A stretch of 64,000 bases of DNA from Nitrospirota bacterium (GTDB lineage: Bacteria > Nitrospirota > UBA9217). A program made the translations under genes and the position numbers. The notes under the pieces were generated by a model that was given only the letters and a program-made list of their open reading frames with translations, was not told where the DNA came from and did no database searches. The DNA is taken from assembly GCA_963818475.1 (NCBI GenBank), contig CAWFSF010000006.1:256001-320000 (forward strand), written 5' to 3'. The number at the start of each line of letters is the position of its first letter. The first letter of the stretch is position 1. Below are positions 10,192 through 18,428 of this stretch, piece after piece.

Positions 10192-10620
10192 ATGGGAGTA
10201 ATAAATGTGGAGGGGCTTTTATTAAGACGATTTATCGAGATAAATTTCGCAGTACCATGGGGCGGCGCAGGCCCCTATAATCCTTTTTGGATGGCGAACC
10301 ATTCTTTGGTCAGACAAATGATCAAGGAAAAAGGTTACAAGCCAGCCGCCGAGGGAATGCTTGCGGCACACATGGCCGCGCTGTCGATGGAAACAGGAGA
10401 ACGTTCAGAAGCGGTCTCCAAGATGAAACGGCCCATTCCGGGTGGAATAAGGGTTCCTCACCTGCACTTCGACACGGACATTTTCCTGCTCGATGAAAGC
10501 CAATGGAAAGATTTTTCTGCCAAGATGATGAAGGAATTCCAAGCTAAGCTGTCACGGGTGAACGCCGTGAGCTTTGAACAAGCCATGGCGATATCGGAAG
10601 CCGTGGACACCCTGGCATAA
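10192..10620 (+). CDS. Hypothetical 142-aa protein, candidate partner or substrate of the radical SAM enzyme
   Basis: Strong AAGGAGGTG RBS; lies immediately downstream of the rSAM gene; contains PGGIRVPHLHF. Confidence 0.75.
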   Translation: MGVINVEGLLLRRFIEINFAVPWGGAGPYNPFWMANHSLVRQMIKEKGYKPAAEGMLAAHMAALSMETGERSEAVSKMKRPIPGGIRVPHLHFDTDIFLLDESQWKDFSAKMMKEFQAKLSRVNAVSFEQAMAISEAVDTLA

Positions 10621-10662
10621 GAGTGGGGCATTTACGCAAATGCAAGTCTAAGGTAAATTCGT

Positions 10663-10713
10663 GGGGTCGCATCTATGATGGAGTAAACGCTTCAATTGCA
10701 AAGATGCGGCCCC
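10663..10713. repeat. Array site hairpin GGGGTCGCATCT-N27-AGATGCGGCCCC
   Basis: 12-bp inverted arms with one mismatch. The right arm fits the TTCAA-N11-YGRCCCC pattern. May also act as a terminator. Confidence 0.7.
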
Positions 10714-10832
10714 TTGTATTCCTTCTCAATTTCCTAATGGCAGACAATGGTTTCTGAATGCCAAAAGTAAAGACCTGAGAGCTTGGGCTGGTTGGGCTCT
10801 CCTGTAGCTATATAAACATTAAGGACCTGACC

Positions 10833-12745
10833 GTTCGCAGTAACAACTGATTATCTCGCGGGTTCAAGTCCCGCCCAAGGAGTTGTCCGTACACCTTGGT
10901 AGCACGAGGGAGCGGCGTCTGAGCAATCAGAGGTCGTGAGTTCCCAAACGGCAAAGCTACAGGCCGCAGCGAAAGCGAACCTACACGTAGCCTCGTAACT
11001 TATTCGGAGATGCCGACCTTGTGGTCAAATGGGGAAGGCCGATGCGCGCTGATTCAGACAACGGAATCGATCTGTGCGATCTCCCGGGGTAGCAGGGGCG
11101 GCATGTAGCGGAAGATAAGCAGTCCAGTGCTGGAGACCCCATACAGTGATGTTAGAGGAACATCAACCGGTGCGTATAAGGAAACGAAAACGCACTGGGC
11201 TGTATCGGGAGTCGGAGGGGTCCATAGTATCGTTTGAAGGTATGGGACAACATAACCCTGCCCGAGAAAAGGGACCCTGCTTTGTTCACGCAACCGAAGG
11301 AGAGAGGATGAGGGGATTGCAGAGATGCTAACAACCCCAGATACAATCAGGACACTCCAGAGGAAGCTCTACCGTAAGGCCAAGCAAGAACCGGCCTACC
11401 GCTTTTACGCGCTCTACGACAAGATACACCGGGCCGACATCCTCAGTCACGCCTACCATCTTGTCAGGGCCAACAAAGGAAGCGCCGGCATCGACGGCGT
11501 CACCTTCGAGGCCATAGAGACCGGAGAAGGGGTAATCGCCTTTTTGGCGGAGCTGCAAGAAGCACTGAAGAGCAAGACCTATGCACCAAACCCTGTAAAG
11601 CGCGTCATGATCCCCAAAGGAGACGGCACAGAGCGTCCCTTGGGAATCCCGACCATTAGGGACAGGGTGGCCCAGATGGCCGTAAAACTGGTCATCGAAC
11701 CGATATTTGAAGCGGATTTTATAGACACCTCATACGGATTCAGACCCAAGAAGTCGGCCCATGATGCAATCGAAGACATATCGTATGCCCTTAACTGCGG
11801 TTATACGGAAGTCATCGACGCCGATGTGTCCAGGTACTTCGACACCATTCCCCATGCCAAACTCATGGCCGTGGTCGCCGAGCGCATCGTTGACAGTGCG
11901 ATTCTGCACATTATCCAGATGTGGCTCAAGGCCCCGGTTATGGAAGTGGACAAGGACGGAACGAAGCGCAACATCGGCGGCGGCAAGGCAAACACCAAAG
12001 GAACACCGCAGGGCGGTGTCATCTCGCCGCTCCTGGCCAATCTCTATCTGCACCTGTTAGATAGGATATGGCATAAGAAGAAGCTTCAGTATAGGCTCGA
12101 AGCGCGTCTTGTCCGGTATGCCGACGATTTTGTCGTGCTGTGCAGAAAGGGAACTGAGCAGCCGATGGCGGTTGTGCGCCGGGTGCTCGAACGACTGGGA
12201 CTTGTACTCAATGAGAACAAGACCCGCATGGTGAACGCCAAGCAAGAAGGCTTCAACTTCCTTGGATTTGAACTTCGTATGGGGAAAAGTCGGAGAACGG
12301 GCAACCTTTACCCCCTTATACAACCGTCACGAAAAGCCCTGAAGAAGATCAAAGACAGCGTTACCGCTCTTACACACAGGCGGATGACGCCGAAGCCGCT
12401 TACTATGATAATCGAAGATATCAATACCGCCCTCCGGGGCTGGGTCGGGTACTTTCATTACCGCAATAGCAGCAAGGCGTTCAATCGTCTCAAGTTTCAT
12501 GTGGAAGCGCGAGTGCGCACGCATCTGCGAAAGCGGCATAAGATCAAAAGCAGGGCAGCGGGGTTTACCAGGTTCACCAACAGGTCTTTGTACGAGAAGT
12601 ATGGGCTCTATAAAGTGCCGACGACAGCGGGCTGGCTGAAGGCGCATGCCTTGCGGTGAAGAACATCGGAAAGCCGTGTGCGGGAAAACTGCATGCACGG
12701 TTTGATGAGGGAGGGCTGGTCAATACGACCAGCTCTCTACTCTAC
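10833..12745 (+). mobile_element. Group II intron, copy 1 (1913 bp, no endonuclease domain, probably class F/g1-like)
   Basis: Boundaries set from identity among the three copies, with the shared TGACC before and C after assigned to the exons. 5' end GTTCGC; DV AAGCCGTGTGCGGGAAAACTGCATGCACGGTTT; DVI ending CTCTACTCTAC. Class assignment is inference from the RT N-terminus. Confidence 0.93.
11325..12659 (+). CDS. ltrA: Group II intron reverse transcriptase/maturase
   Basis: RPLGIPTIRDR, SYGFRP, GTPQGGVISPLLANLYL, YADD, domain X (GWVGYF); no HNH domain. Confidence 0.97.
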   Translation: MLTTPDTIRTLQRKLYRKAKQEPAYRFYALYDKIHRADILSHAYHLVRANKGSAGIDGVTFEAIETGEGVIAFLAELQEALKSKTYAPNPVKRVMIPKGDGTERPLGIPTIRDRVAQMAVKLVIEPIFEADFIDTSYGFRPKKSAHDAIEDISYALNCGYTEVIDADVSRYFDTIPHAKLMAVVAERIVDSAILHIIQMWLKAPVMEVDKDGTKRNIGGGKANTKGTPQGGVISPLLANLYLHLLDRIWHKKKLQYRLEARLVRYADDFVVLCRKGTEQPMAVVRRVLERLGLVLNENKTRMVNAKQEGFNFLGFELRMGKSRRTGNLYPLIQPSRKALKKIKDSVTALTHRRMTPKPLTMIIEDINTALRGWVGYFHYRNSSKAFNRLKFHVEARVRTHLRKRHKIKSRAAGFTRFTNRSLYEKYGLYKVPTTAGWLKAHALR

Positions 12746-12774
12746 CTAACAAGTCTTAAAAGCTTGTATCGAAG

Positions 12775-12894
12775 ATGGACGTTCTTGCAAAATTGGAGGA
12801 GATTAAGCTGGAAGTCGCGGCAAAAGCCAGCACTCAACGCCTTGCGAATGGAATTCAAAAATATGTAATTGACGGGCTTTGTAAGTTGCTGTAA
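12775..12894 (+). CDS. 39-codon ORF or gene fragment between introns 1 and 2
   Basis: MDVLAKLEEIKLEVAAKASTQRLANGIQKYVIDGLCKLL, translated by hand; no clear RBS. Confidence 0.3.
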   Translation: MDVLAKLEEIKLEVAAKASTQRLANGIQKYVIDGLCKLL

Positions 12895-12959
12895 GACGGC
12901 TACTAAGCTTCGAAACTTGACTTGATTTGGATCACAAATGGCAATATTCAAGTCTGACC

Positions 12960-14872
12960 GTTCGCAGTAACAACTGATTATCTCGCGGGTTCAAGTCCCG
13001 CCCAAGGAGTTGTCCGTACACCTTGGTAGCACGAGGGAGCGGCGTCTGAGCAATCAGAGGTCGTGAGTTCCCAAACGGCAAAGCTACAGGCCGCAGCGAA
13101 AGCGAACCTACACGTAGCCTCGTAACTTATTCGGAGATGCCGACCTTGTGGTCAAATGGGGAAGGCCGATGCGCGCTGATTCAGACAACGGAATCGATCT
13201 GTGCGATCTCCCGGGGTAGCAGGGGCGGCATGTAGCGGAAGATAAGCAGTCCAGTGCTGGAGACCCCATACAGTGATGTTAGAGGAACATCAACCGGTGC
13301 GTATAAGGAAACGAAAACGCACTGGGCTGTATCGGGAGTCGGAGGGGTCCATAGTATCGTTTGAAGGTATGGGACAACATAACCCTGCCCGAGAAAAGGG
13401 ACCCTGCTTTGTTCACGCAACCGAAGGAGAGAGGATGAGGGGATTGCAGAGATGCTAACAACCCCAGATACAATCAGGACACTCCAGAGGAAGCTCTACC
13501 GTAAGGCCAAGCAAGAACCGGCCTACCGCTTTTACGCGCTCTACGACAAGATACACCGGGCCGACATCCTCAGTCACGCCTACCATCTTGTCAGGGCCAA
13601 CAAAGGAAGCGCCGGCATCGACGGCGTCACCTTCGAGGCCATAGAGACCGGAGAAGGGGTAATCGCCTTTTTGGCGGAGCTGCAAGAAGCACTGAAGAGC
13701 AAGACCTATGCACCAAACCCTGTAAAGCGCGTCATGATCCCCAAAGGAGACGGCACAGAGCGTCCCTTGGGAATCCCGACCATTAGGGACAGGGTGGCCC
13801 AGATGGCCGTAAAACTGGTCATCGAACCGATATTTGAAGCGGATTTTATAGACACCTCATACGGATTCAGACCCAAGAAGTCGGCCCATGATGCAATCGA
13901 AGACATATCGTATGCCCTTAACTGCGGTTATACGGAAGTCATCGACGCCGATGTGTCCAGGTACTTCGACACCATTCCCCATGCCAAACTCATGGCCGTG
14001 GTCGCCGAGCGCATCGTTGACAGTGCGATTCTGCACATTATCCAGATGTGGCTCAAGGCCCCGGTTATGGAAGTGGACAAGGACGGAACGAAGCGCAACA
14101 TCGGCGGCGGCAAGGCAAACACCAAAGGAACACCGCAGGGCGGTGTCATCTCGCCGCTCCTGGCCAATCTCTATCTGCACCTGTTAGATAGGATATGGCA
14201 TAAGAAGAAGCTTCAGTATAGGCTCGAAGCGCGTCTTGTCCGGTATGCCGACGATTTTGTCGTGCTGTGCAGAAAGGGAACTGAGCAGCCGATGGCGGTT
14301 GTGCGCCGGGTGCTCGAACGACTGGGACTTGTACTCAATGAGAACAAGACCCGCATGGTGAACGCCAAGCAAGAAGGCTTCAACTTCCTTGGATTTGAAC
14401 TTCGTATGGGGAAAAGTCGGAGAACGGGCAACCTTTACCCCCTTATACAACCGTCACGAAAAGCCCTGAAGAAGATCAAAGACAGCGTTACCGCTCTTAC
14501 ACACAGGCGGATGACGCCGAAGCCGCTTACTATGATAATCGAAGATATCAATACCGCCCTCCGGGGCTGGGTCGGGTACTTTCATTACCGCAATAGCAGC
14601 AAGGCGTTCAATCGTCTCAAGTTTCATGTGGAAGCGCGAGTGCGCACGCATCTGCGAAAGCGGCATAAGATCAAAAGCAGGGCAGCGGGGTTTACCAGGT
14701 TCACCAACAGGTCTTTGTACGAGAAGTATGGGCTCTATAAAGTGCCGACGACAGCGGGCTGGCTGAAGGCGCATGCCTTGCGGTGAAGAACATCGGAAAG
14801 CCGTGTGCGGGAAAACTGCATGCACGGTTTGATGAGGGAGGGCTGGTCAATACGACCAGCTCTCTACTCTAC
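12960..14872 (+). mobile_element. Group II intron, copy 2
   Basis: Offset +2127 from copy 1 with an identical ORF track. Flanks TTCAAGTCTGACC | CCAAAG. Confidence 0.93.
13452..14786 (+). CDS. ltrA: Group II intron reverse transcriptase/maturase
   Basis: Protein identical to that of 11325-12659. Confidence 0.97.
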   Translation: MLTTPDTIRTLQRKLYRKAKQEPAYRFYALYDKIHRADILSHAYHLVRANKGSAGIDGVTFEAIETGEGVIAFLAELQEALKSKTYAPNPVKRVMIPKGDGTERPLGIPTIRDRVAQMAVKLVIEPIFEADFIDTSYGFRPKKSAHDAIEDISYALNCGYTEVIDADVSRYFDTIPHAKLMAVVAERIVDSAILHIIQMWLKAPVMEVDKDGTKRNIGGGKANTKGTPQGGVISPLLANLYLHLLDRIWHKKKLQYRLEARLVRYADDFVVLCRKGTEQPMAVVRRVLERLGLVLNENKTRMVNAKQEGFNFLGFELRMGKSRRTGNLYPLIQPSRKALKKIKDSVTALTHRRMTPKPLTMIIEDINTALRGWVGYFHYRNSSKAFNRLKFHVEARVRTHLRKRHKIKSRAAGFTRFTNRSLYEKYGLYKVPTTAGWLKAHALR

Positions 14873-15026
14873 CCAAAGGCACTCGCTGTAATGGCACGAA
14901 TTATCTTCCGTAACTGCGGCGTAAGGATAGAGGCGTTGGCTGGCTCTCAGAGTGGACATAACTTATATTTAGCAAGTGAGGGTGGGAGGGGGCGGGACGC
15001 CCCTGAAGAAAAACTAAGGAGGCTTT

Positions 15027-15725
15027 ATGGATACCCTGATCAACATATTGCTTCTGCTGGTGAGTTTTGCCGGTGCATTGACAGCCTTTACCGGCGATAC
15101 CTTAAACAAAAACGCGGCAACGGTGTATGGACGCATTACGCGGGTAGGGTGGTTTTCCATTTTACTGTTGCTCATTGCTTTCAACATAGGCATATGGAAA
15201 GAACTTCGTGAACAGGACAAAGGCAAGGTGCAGGAAGCCAAAGCAAAAGAGCAATATGAGCGGGCGATGCGTGCGGAACAACAGCTTGCGATTGCACAAG
15301 CGAAAATCGATGCATTAAAACCAGCCGTGGTAAAAGCCGTTTCAACCATGACCCAGGATATCCCGAAAGAATATGATGACGGCTTTATGAATTTGAATAG
15401 CCAGCCTGAAGCAGCGCTCATGTCGAATCGAAGCAAAGATACCCTGAAACTGTACGGAGGGGATGATTTCGAATATCACTGTTATTGCGGCAATGGATCT
15501 CTTGCAACGCCCGCATCCGTCAGCGGACTATATTTAAAGGTCGGTACGCGGGGCTATCCCCTGGAGTCCAATGGAGGGACATGGCGCATAGCCGGGCCCG
15601 CAGGTCAGGCACTGGAGGGCAGAATTATCAACCCTGGACGCGCTAAATGCGATATCAAGTATATCGTAAGGTCGACAGTTCGTACCCGGTCGAAGCAACA
15701 ATTGACTGACGCGCTGCAGGAATGA
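15027..15725 (+). CDS. Hypothetical membrane protein (two N-terminal TM helices, coiled coil, soluble domain)
   Basis: AAGGAGG RBS; 232-aa ORF lying between two array sites. Confidence 0.75.
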   Translation: MDTLINILLLLVSFAGALTAFTGDTLNKNAATVYGRITRVGWFSILLLLIAFNIGIWKELREQDKGKVQEAKAKEQYERAMRAEQQLAIAQAKIDALKPAVVKAVSTMTQDIPKEYDDGFMNLNSQPEAALMSNRSKDTLKLYGGDDFEYHCYCGNGSLATPASVSGLYLKVGTRGYPLESNGGTWRIAGPAGQALEGRIINPGRAKCDIKYIVRSTVRTRSKQQLTDALQE

Positions 15726-15746
15726 TTTTCGGGCCATGCCTGGAAA

Positions 15747-15793
15747 GTCAAATCTTCGATGTTGACAAGTATGTAACGAATGAAGATTTGACC
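15747..15793. repeat. Array site hairpin GTCAAATCTTC..TTGACA..TGTAAC..GAAGATTTGAC, target of intron copy 3
   Basis: Perfect 11-bp outer arms with an imperfect inner stem; the intron starts right after TGACC. Confidence 0.8.
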
Positions 15794-17706
15794 GTTCGCA
15801 GTAACAACTGATTATCTCGCGGGTTCAAGTCCCGCCCAAGGAGTTGTCCGTACACCTTGGTAGCACGAGGGAGCGGCGTCTGAGCAATCAGAGGTCGTGA
15901 GTTCCCAAACGGCAAAGCTACAGGCCGCAGCGAAAGCGAACCTACACGTAGCCTCGTAACTTATTCGGAGATGCCGACCTTGTGGTCAAATGGGGAAGGC
16001 CGATGCGCGCTGATTCAGACAACGGAATCGATCTGTGCGATCTCCCGGGGTAGCAGGGGCGGCATGTAGCGGAAGATAAGCAGTCCAGTGCTGGAGACCC
16101 CATACAGTGATGTTAGAGGAACATCAACCGGTGCGTATAAGGAAACGAAAACGCACTGGGCTGTATCGGGAGTCGGAGGGGTCCATAGTATCGTTTGAAG
16201 GTATGGGACAACATAACCCTGCCCGAGAAAAGGGACCCTGCTTTGTTCACGCAACCGAAGGAGAGAGGATGAGGGGATTGCAGAGATGCTAACAACCCCA
16301 GATACAATCAGGACACTCCAGAGGAAGCTCTACCGTAAGGCCAAGCAAGAACCGGCCTACCGCTTTTACGCGCTCTACGACAAGATACACCGGGCCGACA
16401 TCCTCAGTCACGCCTACCATCTTGTCAGGGCCAACAAAGGAAGCGCCGGCATCGACGGCGTCACCTTCGAGGCCATAGAGACCGGAGAAGGGGTAATCGC
16501 CTTTTTGGCGGAGCTGCAAGAAGCACTGAAGAGCAAGACCTATGCACCAAACCCTGTAAAGCGCGTCATGATCCCCAAAGGAGACGGCACAGAGCGTCCC
16601 TTGGGAATCCCGACCATTAGGGACAGGGTGGCCCAGATGGCCGTAAAACTGGTCATCGAACCGATATTTGAAGCGGATTTTATAGACACCTCATACGGAT
16701 TCAGACCCAAGAAGTCGGCCCATGATGCAATCGAAGACATATCGTATGCCCTTAACTGCGGTTATACGGAAGTCATCGACGCCGATGTGTCCAGGTACTT
16801 CGACACCATTCCCCATGCCAAACTCATGGCCGTGGTCGCCGAGCGCATCGTTGACAGTGCGATTCTGCACATTATCCAGATGTGGCTCAAGGCCCCGGTT
16901 ATGGAAGTGGACAAGGACGGAACGAAGCGCAACATCGGCGGCGGCAAGGCAAACACCAAAGGAACACCGCAGGGCGGTGTCATCTCGCCGCTCCTGGCCA
17001 ATCTCTATCTGCACCTGTTAGATAGGATATGGCATAAGAAGAAGCTTCAGTATAGGCTCGAAGCGCGTCTTGTCCGGTATGCCGACGATTTTGTCGTGCT
17101 GTGCAGAAAGGGAACTGAGCAGCCGATGGCGGTTGTGCGCCGGGTGCTCGAACGACTGGGACTTGTACTCAATGAGAACAAGACCCGCATGGTGAACGCC
17201 AAGCAAGAAGGCTTCAACTTCCTTGGATTTGAACTTCGTATGGGGAAAAGTCGGAGAACGGGCAACCTTTACCCCCTTATACAACCGTCACGAAAAGCCC
17301 TGAAGAAGATCAAAGACAGCGTTACCGCTCTTACACACAGGCGGATGACGCCGAAGCCGCTTACTATGATAATCGAAGATATCAATACCGCCCTCCGGGG
17401 CTGGGTCGGGTACTTTCATTACCGCAATAGCAGCAAGGCGTTCAATCGTCTCAAGTTTCATGTGGAAGCGCGAGTGCGCACGCATCTGCGAAAGCGGCAT
17501 AAGATCAAAAGCAGGGCAGCGGGGTTTACCAGGTTCACCAACAGGTCTTTGTACGAGAAGTATGGGCTCTATAAAGTGCCGACGACAGCGGGCTGGCTGA
17601 AGGCGCATGCCTTGCGGTGAAGAACATCGGAAAGCCGTGTGCGGGAAAACTGCATGCACGGTTTGATGAGGGAGGGCTGGTCAATACGACCAGCTCTCTA
17701 CTCTAC
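15794..17706 (+). mobile_element. Group II intron, copy 3
   Basis: Offset +4961 from copy 1. Flanks GAAGATTTGACC | CCCGTA. Confidence 0.93.
16286..17620 (+). CDS. ltrA: Group II intron reverse transcriptase/maturase
   Basis: Protein identical to the other two copies. Confidence 0.97.
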   Translation: MLTTPDTIRTLQRKLYRKAKQEPAYRFYALYDKIHRADILSHAYHLVRANKGSAGIDGVTFEAIETGEGVIAFLAELQEALKSKTYAPNPVKRVMIPKGDGTERPLGIPTIRDRVAQMAVKLVIEPIFEADFIDTSYGFRPKKSAHDAIEDISYALNCGYTEVIDADVSRYFDTIPHAKLMAVVAERIVDSAILHIIQMWLKAPVMEVDKDGTKRNIGGGKANTKGTPQGGVISPLLANLYLHLLDRIWHKKKLQYRLEARLVRYADDFVVLCRKGTEQPMAVVRRVLERLGLVLNENKTRMVNAKQEGFNFLGFELRMGKSRRTGNLYPLIQPSRKALKKIKDSVTALTHRRMTPKPLTMIIEDINTALRGWVGYFHYRNSSKAFNRLKFHVEARVRTHLRKRHKIKSRAAGFTRFTNRSLYEKYGLYKVPTTAGWLKAHALR

Positions 17707-17711
17707 CCCGT

Positions 17712-18023
17712 ATGTTTCACCCGTCTTCCTGGAAAGGTATACCATTGTCCCTTACTTTTAGCGGTACGTTGAACCTAAGTGTCGATGTTGTTCGTGGCAA
17801 TCCAGTGGATATTTTTTTAATAGATCAATCAGAGTTAGAAAATTATCAGAATCATAAACAGTTTAATCATTATACTAATTTCACGGCAGACAAAACAAAG
17901 GTTTACAAACGTTCAGCTCGTTTAGCAGAAGGTATTTATTATCTTGTCCTCCGTGATAATACTCTCGGCATTCTGTCTGCCTCAAGTAGCGATGTAAAAA
18001 TAATGGCACGATTAGAACCCTGA
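17712..18023 (+). pseudogene. Probably 5'-truncated gene for a beta-sandwich domain protein
   Basis: Starts 5 bp after the intron/site junction with no RBS; AT-rich coding-like sequence (VDIFLIDQSELENY...GIYYLVLRDN). Confidence 0.5.
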
Positions 18024-18139
18024 GGTCGTGAATAAAAATAAACGCCAAAATAAAAGACCTGACACTGAAAGGGTCGATTTCGGCAACTGGGTGAGAATTC
18101 CGCAATAAGCGTGATGTGCTTAGGTGGATGAAGAAATAA

Positions 18140-18185
18140 GGGGACAAACTGACTTTATGCTTTTTCGATAAAGCCAGCTTGCCCC
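18140..18185. repeat. Hairpin GGGGACAAACTGACTTTAT-N9-ATAAAGCCAGCTTGCCCC
   Basis: Imperfect inverted repeat, GGGGAC variant of the array sites. Confidence 0.65.
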
Positions 18186-18215
18186 TCGTTATTCAGGGCG
18201 AACAGGAGAAGCTTA

Positions 18216-18254
18216 GGAAAGCATAGATAGAAACAATGTCCCGCAAGTGGTCCC
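18216..18254 (+). repeat. Second site family GGAAAGCATAGATAGAAACAATGTCCC (other copies at 20987, 23198, weaker at about 25117)
   Basis: Direct comparison with GGAAAGCATAGAAAAAAAAGCGTCCC and GGAAAGCATGCATAGAAACAACGTCCC. Confidence 0.7.
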
Positions 18255-18368
18255 AGTCAGATTCAAAAAAAACACTTGGAGTCATTCAACAACAAGTGCC
18301 AGGAGTCTCTGAATAGTCCCCGGTTATGATGCAATAGGGATCGTCGGCATGCGGCCGGTGCCATTTTA

Positions 18369-18384
18369 TGGTACAAGTATTGCG
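18369..18384 (+). promoter_or_regulatory. Putative sigma-54 promoter
   Basis: TGGTAC-AAGTA-TTGCG gives GG-N10-GC, 45 bp upstream of the ATG at 18429. Confidence 0.5.
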
Positions 18385-18428
18385 AAATCTCTTTCATAAA
18401 CACTGAATTTCATACGAGGGGGTAGGTA

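Noticed and set aside
10858-10874. GCGGGTTCAAGTCCCGC resembles a tRNA T-arm
   Set aside because: No acceptor, D or anticodon arms; it is a hairpin in intron domain I and recurs in all three copies.
11325-12659. RT as part of a retron, DGR or CRISPR-associated system
   Set aside because: It has domain X and is embedded in DV/DVI intron RNA. No msr/msd, TR/VR pair, cas genes or CRISPR array is visible.
14783-15211. ORFs starting MKNIGKPCAG (also 12656-12868)
   Set aside because: These are read-throughs of intron DV/DVI into flanking DNA, not genes.
10833-17706. Triple intron as an assembly artefact
   Set aside because: Each copy has unique flanks with a biologically coherent target junction. 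Spanning reads are still needed for proof.
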